Assembly: GCA_010015805.1 (NCBI GenBank)
Contig: ML978121.1
Location: forward strand, 682,001-746,000
Direction: 5' to 3'
Length of the DNA: 64,000 bases
DNA from: Rhizodiscina lignyota
Taxonomy: Eukaryota
Shown here: positions 45,802-57,454 of the stretch, in pieces
How the letters are laid out: each line of letters begins with the position of its first letter
Numbering within the stretch: the stretch's first letter is position 1
Made by a program: the position numbers and the translations under genes
The notes under the pieces: generated by a model
What the model was told of the DNA's origin: nothing
What the model saw: only the letters and a program-made list of their open reading frames with translations
Database searches by the model: none

Positions 45802-48800
45802 TTAAAATGGCGATGCTATGGACCATTGCTGGTGCGCGTCCTGCAAGACTGATAAGAGGTTAATAGCGGTCCATGTCATTAAGAATTGCAAACTCACGCC
45901 TCAAAACCTCCAGCTGCCCACCACCGGTCTCACATGCACACTGTAGCGTTCGGCCGTCCACAAAGTCCAGCACAACGCTCCATGGCATCTCCTGCCTCTC
46001 CTGATCCGGCACGAACGGCCGCTTGAACTCGCTCAGGTGATACTGCTTCGTGGCATTCTTCGTACTTGCTGTCTCGTTGCTCTTGCTCGTCTTGACGATG
46101 ATATAGCCATCGCTGTCAATTTCCACCCATCGACGCTTCCAAAGCAACGTGTCGGGAAGCTGCACGTTTAGATCGCCGATCTCAAGACCATAATGCGGGC
46201 GTGACCGCATCTCCTCTGGCACAGGTGACGGGAATGGAGGATCAATTGCTTCTTCGCTGATCTTGGGGCTCACAATCTCTGCGAGCGTCTTGCGGCCGAG
46301 CGAGATGGAGTTCGACATGCGCTTGAGCATGCGACTGCCCCGTGAGCCCTTTCGCTCGTGCGTCTTGTCGTTGCTGGAGTTCGAATCCTTGCTGACCGTT
46401 GTGTCGAGGCTGGTTGATGACATACTCCTCACCATGGCGGTTGGAGAGCGCGTCTCGCTCGCACGTCTAGTACGTTGAGAAAAGGTGTTGCGCCAATTTT
46501 CCGAAGAGGACCGGGGTAGGGAGAATGCTGGTGACAGGGCACCGCGGTCTCGGCTCGGGGACGGTGATGGCGCAGGGGATCTAGACTCAGGAGTGCGCGC
46601 AGGACTCTTGTCCTCAGCTGGTATATGTAATTTCGGTACCGACGCACCGCGTTTGTGCTCGATTATGAGAGGGCTTTCGTGGAGCTCGAGGGGTGTTGTT
46701 TGTGTGGGCATCGAGAGGTCGGGATTTTCCGTGCGTGGGTCGCGGACAATACGCGCAGTCACAGATATTGACTGCCTCTTATCGTTGCGCTGCTGCACAT
46801 TGTAGACTGCTTGGATGCTGTCTTGTGATCGGGGAGATTCGTTGGCGAGGGTAGGAGATTGCTCGATGGGAAGAGCTGGTAATGGTAGGTTCTTTGATAC
46901 TGACGAGACACGACGTTCGCGCGTAGTAGGGTTAAGTGTGGAAGAGGATTGGGGACGTGGCGAAGGGGGAGTGATGTCGCGGAAAGAAGATTTGCGGAGA
47001 GCAACAATTGAAGGACCCGAGGAATCGCGGGACGGTGCTCGATCGAGTGGAAGATGCTCATTGGAGCCAGAATTTCGTGCCAGTGCCTTAATGCGCTGAG
47101 ATATTCCAGACGAAATGTTGGCTTTCTTTGCAACACTGAGGGTTCCTGGGCGATCCGAAGGTTGGTTGACCCGTGACACAGAAAGAGATCGTGGAGCGTC
47201 ATCGGAAGATGGATCCGAGGCGTTACGTGGCGGGGCACTTGGACGTCGGTCGCTGGTGTTGGGACTTGAAACAGATCGGGAAGTCGATGTTATAGCTGAG
47301 ATGGTGGCAGGTTTCATGACGGGGAAGACGGTAGCAAGCGGGGATTTCGACACTTGGACATGCTTTGCTTCCTGTACCTCAGCGTTCCGAAGCTCAACCA
47401 TGAACTCGTCGTCAGAAACGTCAACCTCAGACTCATCTGTGAAACCGTGGGCTTGCGTGTCAACGCTAATAGGACGTACAATGGCTCTGTGTTTATCGCG
47501 AACGCTTGTCTTCCTTTCTGGGAGAGCCACAGAGAGCTGGCCATCGTTCCCGTGTACAATCGACTTCTCGGTTGGTGTGGTATCGCTTGCGTTGTCTGCT
47601 TCTTCACCTGATCCCGCGTCGGCCTTGGTTGAATCCTGCAATTCTTCCGCTGGCTCCTTGATCTCCGATGCATCCACTTCTGGCATCTGCGAAGGTGTTG
47701 ACTCCGGCTCAGACTCCTTGGAAGCATCGTCCGATGGAGCTGGTATCGTCTCCTGACTTTCGTGTGCCTGCTTGTCTTGCATTTGTTCTTGTTCAACTAT
47801 CTCTTTCGCCAAAACATCTGTGGCAGCGCCCTCCTCCCCGGCCTCCGAGATTGACGATGGACGTGTCGACGGTAATTCTGACGACTGCTCCATTGAGACT
47901 GGTGAAGATGATGGACCATGTACTCTCTGCTCATCTTCAGGTTCGCGCGTGGTTTTGTCGACATCCATCTCAACGCCAGAATCCGCTTTGAGGTGATCGC
48001 CTGAAGCTCTGGTTGGATTTTTGACGAGGTCTTTCTCACTGAGTGCTGCTTTGGGTGACGCCATGGGTTCTACGGGTGAATCTTCTGGCTGAGGTTCCTC
48101 AATCTTCGGTGGTCGCTCCTTCTCGACTTCTTGAAGAGGCTCTTCGGGCGCATCTTCTTTGTTTTGCTCGGATACAGCTTCATTTAAGGCATCTGCAAGA
48201 TCCGCGCCACCCTTTGGTTCTTTGTCCGCTTCTACAGTTTCCTCATTAATCGTTGGCACAGGAGGCACTTCTGTGACAGGCACAGTCGCTGTTGTCGGCG
48301 TAGTGGGCTGGCTCTTAGATTGCATCTGCTTCTTTCGGAGCTCCATTGCCTTCATTAATCTCTTCTTCTCCTTCGACATCTTGTCACTCTTGCTCGCCAG
48401 TGTTGCCGGCATGCTCTTTACACTGGCTGGACTACTACTTGGTCGGGGAAACGTTAATATGTCCGGTGATTCTGGAATAGGAGGGGGTGGAGGTAGCATA
48501 ATGCCCACACTCAACTGGGAGCTACGAGAGGTGGGGCGTTGAGAGCTGTGCAGGTCCAAGGTGAGGTCCTTGCGTTGTTTGGGGCGCAGTCCAGGTGGCA
48601 GACTGGACGTTGGACGCGGACCAGTTTTAAGTTTGGAGGTGTCGAGAGAAGGACGCGGGCCTAGTTTGACTTTTGGTTTCGGGTAAAGGCCGGCAAAGTT
48701 GATATCAGAGAGACTTGGACGCGCTGTTGACGTGGAGGAGCGCGCGTCGTCGCCAAGATACGCGAGATGGTCGGAGCGCGTCAGAGAATTGAGCGACGTA

Positions 48801-49709
48801 GCGTAAATAGACGCTGCGTCTCCAGGATTCAGCGGGGTCTCCGGTCTTCGCGTTGAGGACTCTATTGATACGGAAGACACTGACGACAGAGGTATGCCCA
48901 ATATTGCAGCAGCTTTTCGTGACGCTAGCGGAGTTCCATTTGGTAACGTCGAGTCGCGTGTAGCTGGTCTGCTCTCAGCGTCAGTAGGTATAGGTGGGAG
49001 ATCCTTCTCGTATGGCGGCGCGCTCTCGACGATCGAGGGAATGTTCACAGGCTTCTCGACAGGCGCAAGTTGATCTTGTGCTGTTGTCGCTGCCGCTCTA
49101 GCGTCGTAGCTTGGACGTTCTTTGGGATCCTCTACTATTTCATCAAGCCTACTCTTCCGCGGGGCAGATCCGCCAGATGAACGAGTCGACTCTGCGCCTG
49201 CAGCTGAGTGTAGTGAGCACGCTTGAGAAAGCGCCGTCTCGGTGAGTTCGATGTCGGCTGCCAGTGGGAATACAGTGTCGTTGGGGGTAAACTTCTCCTC
49301 AAAGCTCGTAAAGTGAACGGCGACGCGGGCTGCCTGCGCGTTAGCAATCGCTATTCTGTAAGGGCTTCTGCCACTCCTCACCTTGCAGCAACCTCGATGT
49401 CCCCTCTGGAATGTACTTAAGCAGCACCTTCCGCCGCCGATACACTAAGAAGCCATAGAGGGGCGACTTGTCCTCGTAGTCTCCAATTGCCGCGCGTGCC
49501 TCCGCAACGCCGCCCTTTCCTTGCTTGTATATCTCCACCTCATCCCTCGATACATACTTCAACAGGAACCTGCAGACCTAATATCAGCAAATGTATGTCC
49601 GATTGAACCAGCAACACCGCCCGTGCAATCCATACCAGCCTCCAGCCTCTGCCAAGGCAGTTTGATACGCTTCTGTAACTTTCGCATCATCCAGGCCATT
49701 CAACGACAT
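45802..49709 (-). CDS. Large protein with N-terminal ADF-H (cofilin/coactosin-like) domain, long disordered middle and C-terminal PH-like domain; 4 exons
   Basis: MSLNGLDD...AYQTAL..GGW/FLLKYVSRDEV...SPLYGFLVYRRRKVLLKYIPEGTSRLLQ/ARVAVH. C-terminus NVQLPDTLLWKRRWVEID...VLDFVDGRTLQCACE. Polyproline tract MLPPPPPIP. Confidence 0.8.
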
Positions 49710-51161
49710 CGCGGCCGGGGCGCGCTAAGGTGTATTGCGTGTACAATGAGAGCAGAGTATCGCGAGGGGAATTGACGATTGTTATCGCGTTATCGTAGGG
49801 TGTAGAGCCGGTGTGCGGCTCTTCGAGGACGGGTGCGTCAGGGGGTCGAGGGATACCATACGGCAGACACGGGCAGAGTCGGTCGAAATCATGGAAGATT
49901 GGGCGCGCCAGGCACCGCTATGAATTGCTGTAGAGCTACACAAAGGAAGAGCAAAAGAAAAGAGCGATTAAGCGAATGTGTGTTGGCGGAGTAAGAAGAT
50001 GCTTTTGCTTGCGGAGGAGCAGGGAGAGGCGAGTGAATTGTAGGGTTCGCAGGTGGAGGGCGTGGATTCGGCCTGTCTGTGCCAGCGTGCACGCCCACTC
50101 GCTGTCCAGGAAAGACACTATTTCGTCCAAGTCCCTTCCACAGGCCCTGGTCCATCTTTGCTCAGCGCCAGCTGTGCCCTGAGCGAATGCGCTGTAAATG
50201 GCGCCAGTCCCTGGGCTTGCGTTCGCGGCACATCTACATTTGCTGTACGCAAGTAACCTGCCGCCCCCGTCTTTTCTCTAGGATTCCTTAGATACACGCC
50301 AGCGCTTCAGCTCGATCCGAAATCTCCTATTGGCTCAGTGCGACCTCCCGCGCATTCGAGATTGGAACAGCTAATCACCATGATCAAGCGTGGGGAATTC
50401 CGAATAATAAGCCTCCTGACCTCCCCTCCTCCAGCTTCTACAGATCTTATTCTTGCCACGGAAACATGTTTCAGTGTCATAGATGAGATCTTGCTACGCA
50501 CGATTTTGAGACGTCATCTCGCTGCAATTCATGGCTACGGGCACATAATCGTTCGTGCCGTCTACAAGGCATTTGTTCTGGGAATACCCCTGCCAAGGAT
50601 ATCAAGCGATCCGATGTGTCCAGGATAGGCATGTATACTTACTGAACGATGGATGCAGCAGCGCACTAATTTTTCAATTGACCGCTTCTCAAAAAATTAT
50701 GGCAGCAGTTATCATGTCGAGACAGATCGTTCCATTCCAGAGCTGGGGTTGGGTGGCCTCTGCAGTATGTAAACGTTCCACTATCGACCAGTTCGGACGG
50801 AGCGAGAAGTATGCATGGAAGGCTCTCTACATCTAGCATGTCAATGTAGCGATTCAACAGCTGTAGCAGCCTAGCTCAAGATTAGAACGGTCGGAAAAAA
50901 TACGCAAAGGAGCTGCTGTAGATAACTGTTCTTTTCAACTCCTCCAATGCCGTGAGTTAAATGTACATATCAAACAACTGCGGATCATTTTGACAGTGCC
51001 AACTCCGCTTGGGGCCATCAGCATTGCATGGAGACCAGTGCTGGATGGATGTCTTTGAGCAGGCACGCTTGCAATCTCATGCCAAACACAACATATAGTT
51101 GTACGAGGCTTCCATGCTCGCATGAAACATGCCGTTCCTCCTCCGATATTCCGCAATCTAT

Positions 51162-52108
51162 TTAGCCTCTGGCCTTCGTCTTTGGAGTTCCGCTCTTGAC
51201 CCTCCTGGCCTCGGGGCGCTGCAGGTGTTGAGCTGGAATCCAGCTCTCGTCGTATGCCTTTGAGCCAGACGTAACAGCCGGGCCATCGCCGCCAACAACC
51301 GCCACTTGTTCGGTGGGATCAACGCGCTTCTTTCCAGTGGAAGAAGTTTTGGCGCGCTCACCACCTTTGCCGCGACGCTTGGCCTGAGGGAAGAGGGTCG
51401 TGATCCACGTGGTGTAGATAAAGTAGCAGGTGCCACCAAATATTGCGGCTAGGAAGGCGTAGAGGAAGATACTGATACAAATTGTTAGTGATCTACCGAG
51501 CGCAATTGTTGGCATGATACTGTACATTTGAGGATCGAAGATGCTCAGAGGCGCCTCCACCACACTGACGGTCTCGTTGTAGACTTGGAAGGTATAGTAG
51601 GCGCCCTTGCCATCCTGGACGATAGCCGCCAGGTTCAATTGAAGGTCTTGTGGGTGCATCTCCGTGGTGAAACTGTACGGCACCGTCTCCGTCTCGCCGG
51701 CAGGGATCTCCACCCGCGGCGCGGTCGTCGAAAGATTGCGGACAATCTGTGGAGGTTCGGTATTCGGCGTTATCAGAGAGCCACCAACAGCCATGACCTG
51801 GATTGGCTCGGCCTCGTCATTCTTGAAGGAAAGGATGGCTTGGGTCGCGTGGCCATTGATGAGCTTGACGCCGAAGATTTCGGATTGAGGGAAGGAGGCG
51901 GAGATTTGGACCTTGAGATTGGGTGTCTCGGAAGGGTTGCCGATTTCTTCGTCTATTAGCTCCTCCACTTCTTCAACCTCCAACTACATGCTTGTGTAAG
52001 TTACTGTGCGACTGATGTCATTGCAGAATCTCGAAGTCGCACCTGAGCAAGGACAGTATAAGCTTGAAGGGCGCTGAGGCCCAGGAGGAAAGATTGGAGG
52101 AATTTCAT
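51162..52108 (-). CDS. IRC22: Translocon-associated protein alpha / Irc22-like (signal peptide, lumenal domain, one TM)
   Basis: Signal peptide MKFLQSFLLGLSAL..., IFGVKLING, VRNLS, YSFTTEMHPQDL, VVEAPLSIFDPQ/..FLYAFL TM segment, and YDESWIPAQHL. Confidence 0.85.
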
Positions 52109-52779
52109 GTTGACAATTAACGGATTGTGACCTGCGAACGGGAGACAGCTCACAAAGCAACGTGGATGGGACTTGAGGGCTGGGAAACGCAGAAGTGTCC
52201 TTAAGGGAGCAGCAAAATTGCGAGCTAGCGTCCAACGCGGCATAGCGGCCGGCGGCGCCTTCTCCACACGCCAGGCCGAGCTGTGTGAGGTGTCACTTCA
52301 CACGCTGCCTGCTCGCTCAAGACACTGTCTGAAGCCCGTGGAGTCAGGAAGAACTCTCCGTAAGAGCGACACCAACTGCGGCCGCTTCTGGACCTGGTCT
52401 ATACCATGGCAATGGCCGATGCCCGCCTATTCTCAGCAGTCTCTATCCGCCGAAGCTCCAATGGCAACGGAGCAGTACGCGCGAAGCACTGCCTCCGCTG
52501 CATTTACGCGCGGGTCGCCGTTTGTTGGCCGCGATATTGTACAATAAACTTGCCTTGCCTATCAATTAAATCGCCGAAAGATGAATCAGTCGCTGTCTGC
52601 CGTCTCAAATACTTATGCTGTTGCTGTGTTGGCATCGTCCTCTGCTCCCGATCTCCCTCCGCTTCATCCAACAACCGACGTCACCCACCGACGCAAGACA
52701 TCAACAACACCTTTAACACCTCCCGTAAACAAAATCCCACCTCTCTCTTTTTGTGCCACCCAACTTCTTTCATCCCCCA

Positions 52780-54684
52780 ATGCCGCATTTCACCAACGAA
52801 CACCCCCTTCCACCTTCCAACATGGCTCCCCCCTCCAGTTCTCAGAGCATTGCTGGCGCAGTTTCTCAGGAGCAGGTTGACGCTACCACTGCTGAGTTGT
52901 TGCAGAAGTACGAAAAGCTCAAGGCATATGACAACTGCAAAAATCAGCTCATCGAGGTACCAACTCCCGCTGCTCGCGTTTCAATGTTACCTTGCCTATT
53001 TGACTAACACCTCATAGGAACTTATCTTTCGTTATGAGTACCAGAACAAGGCCATCGCCCAGAATGCTGAAATCTTGCAACACGCCGTAGCGCTTCAGAA
53101 GTCGAACGAGGCATTGAATGAGCGACTCCGCCTTCAGGAAGAATCATTCGTATGATAATCCGCGATCTTTGACTATATTGCTAGCTAACTATTTCTAGAA
53201 CCGCAATGCCTTTGTGCTTGTGCTCATTGATGGTGACGGAATGATTGTAAGGCACTACCCCCAGTGCAATTTTTGCAAAATTTTACTAAACACAGCAGTT
53301 CAATGAGCAAGCTCTACGAGGTGGTGCAAAAGGAGGACGCATGGCCGCCAACTATCTGCACAACTGTATCAAAGCGCATATCGAACAGACGCTTCCAGAA
53401 CTGCATTCAGGTGTTAAGGTCATTACGAAGATGTACGGAAACAGGGACGGGCTCGGCGAGGCCCTCTACCGCAACGGCATCGTCAATGACCCTGGTCAAG
53501 CCGATAGCTTTCTTTGGGCACTCACCTCGCCTCAGCCACTGTGTGATTTTGTGGACGTAGGACCTGGCAAGGATCTGGCTTTTGTGAAGATTAGTGGTAT
53601 GTTATATTCGTATCCCCTTCACCTGGCAGCTGTTTACTGTTTACTCATACACCTCTCATGTTATGTAGCGAATCCACTAATAATTTATGTATTTGTAGAG
53701 CTCTTCAAGCTGTATGTGCACGACCCTCACTGCCGTCACATCTACCTAGGTTGTTCGGGCAACGACGGCTATGCTCAGCTTCTCGAACCCTATGCAGGCC
53801 ATTCGTCTGTGATCGGCCGCGTCACGCTGGTCCAAGGCGTCCCGTTCAAGAAGGAGCTTGCCGCTCTGTACTTCCCAAGCACGCAGTTCAACAACCTGTT
53901 TCGTTCCTTGGAGATCAACATCTACGGACTTAGCGTGGACGCAGACGGCAACGTTGTTTCTGGATATGCGCCGGGCCCAATCGGTACGCGCATTTCGGGT
54001 GCCGCCGCGCCTACGAACCGTGCTCACGAGAATTACACTCCTCCGACGAGCAGCGTGACCACGACGCCTTTCAATGCCGCTGCCGTCCCGTTCTTGCCTA
54101 GACGCCTCTCATCGTCCACGGCAGCGTCTTCGGAGGCTCAGCCGAAGGAGAATCCTCCGAACACGTGGGCCAATCTAGCCAAGCAGGCTCATGTCAAGGC
54201 TGAAGCCGCCGCTGTAGTCGCTGCCAAAGCCGCAGCTGCCGGCAAGGTCATGCTCCCTCCTCCAACGCCGCAGGAGCTTCTGAACAAGGGCATCATCCCA
54301 CGCAACCGCAACGGCCAGCGTATCGATCCTCATCCTCGCGCCTACGATAAGGATGAGGTCAACTGCATGCGCAGGATGAAGCTCTGCAATGTCCAGAATT
54401 TGCGCGGCCCGTGTCCGTTTGGTAGCAAGTGCACGCACGACCACGACTACAAGCCCACCAAGGACGAGCTCTCTGTGCTCAAGCTTGTCGCTAGGCTTGC
54501 CCCGTGCAACAATGGTGCTGAATGTGAGGACGTAGGATGCATCTACGGTCATCGCTGCATCGTTGCTTCCAAGCCAGGACTCGAGGGCAATGGTGGCAAG
54601 AACTGCATTATGGGCGACGACTGCTACTTCGATGCGGCGCTTCACAATGTTGACACCAAACTCGTGCTGACGACGAAGATTTGA
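52780..54684 (+). CDS. Coiled-coil + NYN/PIN-like domain + tandem CCCH zinc-finger protein, 5 exons
   Basis: Exon NRNAFVLVLIDGDGMI/F, DFVDVGPGKD, CRHIYLGC, PRNRNGQRID, and CNVQNLRGPCPFGSKCTHDH, CNNGAECEDVGCIYGH, CIMGDDCYFDAALH. Start could be 52822. Confidence 0.82.
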
Positions 54685-55305
54685 CGGCTTCTCGTCACAG
54701 TTAGCTGGCCGTTTCAAACTAGTGCTCCAACTTCATGAGGCGGCCTCCACGTATGGGAATGAGCGACGATATGGCGATCGGCAAAAATGCACTGCATTGG
54801 TGAATTTTGGCGTTAGTGGCATTGAATGGGTTCCAAAAAGATTCCCCTGGGCGGTCATTTCGGTTTGTACACGAGGCTGATACCAAAGATACCACTTTGG
54901 ACGTTGATGGCACCGGAGCAGTTCTCAAGATCATTCTCTCGGAAAGCTTCCAATCTCACATTATCGGTTGTACACACGGTGGATTCTACTTGCGATTCGA
55001 TTTCTAAAAGGGTGCACTCGTTTGTGTAAATTAGGCTTGGCCAATTTGGCTGAATAACTTCGTGCTTAATGGCTGTGTCCGTGATTCAAGTGGCTTTCGT
55101 TCCAGCGTGACAAAATGACCGAACCGGATGGACGCTGAACGGACGCATACCAAACTACTTATGCTCTTCGGCTTGCGTGAGAGTATCGCTGAAAGTGTAC
55201 TTGGGCTTCAAGAATCTTCTGTTTGTGGAGATGTACTCCACAAACTATGCTGTACCTGAGACTAAATTAATACACCACAGAAGATCGCGATGAGGAAAGC
55301 CTCCG

Positions 55306-56439
55306 CTACACTTCTTTAATCCCAACTGACCTCTTCCGCTTCTTCCTTCCCATAAGCTTGGCCATTACATCGACCTTTGCATCATTCTCACGGTCTTCAC
55401 CATCATCTGAATCATTTTCATCATCCTCATCACCAGGTCTCTCGCTCTTGTCCTCAAGGACTCCAGGCCAAAGGTTCATCTCAACATACTGCTCCCCCTC
55501 ACCCTCATTGCCTGTATTATTATCCTCGTTTCCCTCCTCGGCACCAGCTTCTGCATCCTCGACAATCTCAATCGCTTCGCTGTCCAATTTGCCAGCTTCG
55601 CTTACGGCCTCGAGCTCTGCATTGGCGTCCCGAATTTGTGGTAGAAAAGATTGGAGACGTTGCATTAGGCTTGCAGCACCAGCGTTGGCTTGGCCGGCAT
55701 GGAAGGATGGCTTCCTGGGGCGCTTGTCGTGTGGTATAAGGGTTGTGCGTTCTTCATGTTCTGCGTCGTCTTGGTCATCTGCCATAGTAGAATCTGAGTC
55801 CGAGGAATCATCTTCATCTTCATCTTCATCTGAAGTGTCGTCCGACTCGCTTTCTTCCTCATTGGTACTGTCTACCGTCTCCCAGCCGCTGTCTGAATCT
55901 TGATCGTCGGTATTTGTGACATCGTTGGATGATAATATTTTGCGCTTCGCTGCGATCTTGGACATTGCGGCCTTCAGCTTAGGGCGCATCTTCTGCTGTG
56001 GACGTGAAAGCATGGCTCGTGGACGCGTGATTCGTGTCCCTGCCTTATGTATAAGTTTTGCACGGACGTTTCGACCTTCGTCTAGGTCTTCGTCGTCGGC
56101 ACGCTTTCGTTTCCCCGTACCGCTCTCAGGCGCAGCTTCAGCGAACTGTGCTTCCAAGTCGTCGCCACCCATCAACCTCAACATTGTCTCTAATCCCGGC
56201 TTCATACGTTCGTCTTCTGGTATACGGCGCTGCTCTCCCTTACGCCCTCGAAACTCGGCGGCGCCCTCAGATGTGGAAGAATAAGAATCGTCGCTGTTGT
56301 AGTGGTTGTTCGGATCGCGGAGGAGGTCCATGGCCTTCTGAATATTCTCAGCGGGCATCCCTCCCTCCATTGCTAATGCCATAAGAATCGGCAGAGCTCC
56401 TTCGGCAACACCATTAGCATGATCCTGAGTTTTTGGCAT
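55306..56439 (-). CDS. Acidic, probably nucleolar protein with NOPCHAP1/DUF4598-like segment (box C/D snoRNP chaperone-like)
   Basis: SLMQRLQSFLPQIRDANAEL and QYVEMNLWPGVLE motifs, acidic tracts, and a basic C-terminal NLS-like RKKRKR. Confidence 0.65.
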   Translation of the reverse strand: MPKTQDHANGVAEGALPILMALAMEGGMPAENIQKAMDLLRDPNNHYNSDDSYSSTSEGAAEFRGRKGEQRRIPEDERMKPGLETMLRLMGGDDLEAQFAEAAPESGTGKRKRADDEDLDEGRNVRAKLIHKAGTRITRPRAMLSRPQQKMRPKLKAAMSKIAAKRKILSSNDVTNTDDQDSDSGWETVDSTNEEESESDDTSDEDEDEDDSSDSDSTMADDQDDAEHEERTTLIPHDKRPRKPSFHAGQANAGAASLMQRLQSFLPQIRDANAELEAVSEAGKLDSEAIEIVEDAEAGAEEGNEDNNTGNEGEGEQYVEMNLWPGVLEDKSERPGDEDDENDSDDGEDRENDAKVDVMAKLMGRKKRKRSVGIKEV

Positions 56440-56665
56440 GTTGAATATAGAAGTTGCGCAATTGAATGGCTAGTTGGACGTTTAACATAATTTATTCAAT
56501 GATGATGGCAAAACTTCGGCAAGAAACGCGAACGCGGTTGCACGTGCAAGCCATGTTTCTCCCGGGCGCCGCGTTCAATGAGCCGCAACTCCTTTCAGAT
56601 ATTCAACATCGTCGCTTGTACATAGAAAGGAAATGTGGTGTTAATGCATTCCCGGTTCTCATGCA

Positions 56666-57454
56666 ATGCCTCGCCTCTTCTCAGTCTTTCGTTTGCCTTC
56701 AAAGTTGCAAAGAAGAGCTCGCCGCTCCAGAATAAGGACTATGATCGTTCTGCTGATGGTTGTCTGTCTGTTCATTACCCCTTTCTACTTTATTTACAAA
56801 CCACCAACCTTCTTAATACGATATTTCCAACGTCGCTGGCCTGATGTGCTCTGGAATGTGCCTACCGAATCTAAAATTGTGGCTCTCACAATAGACGATG
56901 GACCGTCTGAATACACGACCGAGATCATGCGACTGCTCAAAGAGAACGAAGCAGCGGCCACGTTCTTCATCATCGGAGGCCAGGTTTCCGGGCGTGAGAA
57001 GGTCCTGCAAGATCTCATCCGCAATGGCAACGAGCTAGGCAATCACGCCATGCACGACGAGCCGTCCCGCTCTCTCAGCGACAATACGCTCGTTGAGGAA
57101 ATCCACTCAGTTGAGGAGATGTTGAGTCATGCATACTCTGCTGTCGATATTGCGCCTCCACCGAAGTACTTCCGGCCCGGGTCAGGGTTCTTCAGCACGA
57201 AGATGCGAGAGACGCTCAAGAGGCTTGGATATAGGCTGGTCCTGGGGAGCGTCTATCCGCATGATCCGCAGATTTCCATGTGGAAGGTCAATGCAAACCA
57301 TATCCTCAGTATGGTCAGGCCTGGATCGATTATCATCTGCCATGACCGGAGACCTTGGACTGTGCCGATGCTCAAGACCGTGCTTCCGGAGCTGAGGCAG
57401 AGGGGATATCGAATCATGACTGTCACCGAGTTGCTCAAGGCATTGAATACGTGA
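56666..57454 (+). CDS. Polysaccharide deacetylase (NodB homology, CE4) with N-terminal TM anchor
   Basis: CE4 motifs VALTIDDGP, ATFF, LGNHAMHD, YFRPG and IIICHD. Confidence 0.9.
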   Translation: MPRLFSVFRLPSKLQRRARRSRIRTMIVLLMVVCLFITPFYFIYKPPTFLIRYFQRRWPDVLWNVPTESKIVALTIDDGPSEYTTEIMRLLKENEAAATFFIIGGQVSGREKVLQDLIRNGNELGNHAMHDEPSRSLSDNTLVEEIHSVEEMLSHAYSAVDIAPPPKYFRPGSGFFSTKMRETLKRLGYRLVLGSVYPHDPQISMWKVNANHILSMVRPGSIIICHDRRPWTVPMLKTVLPELRQRGYRIMTVTELLKALNT

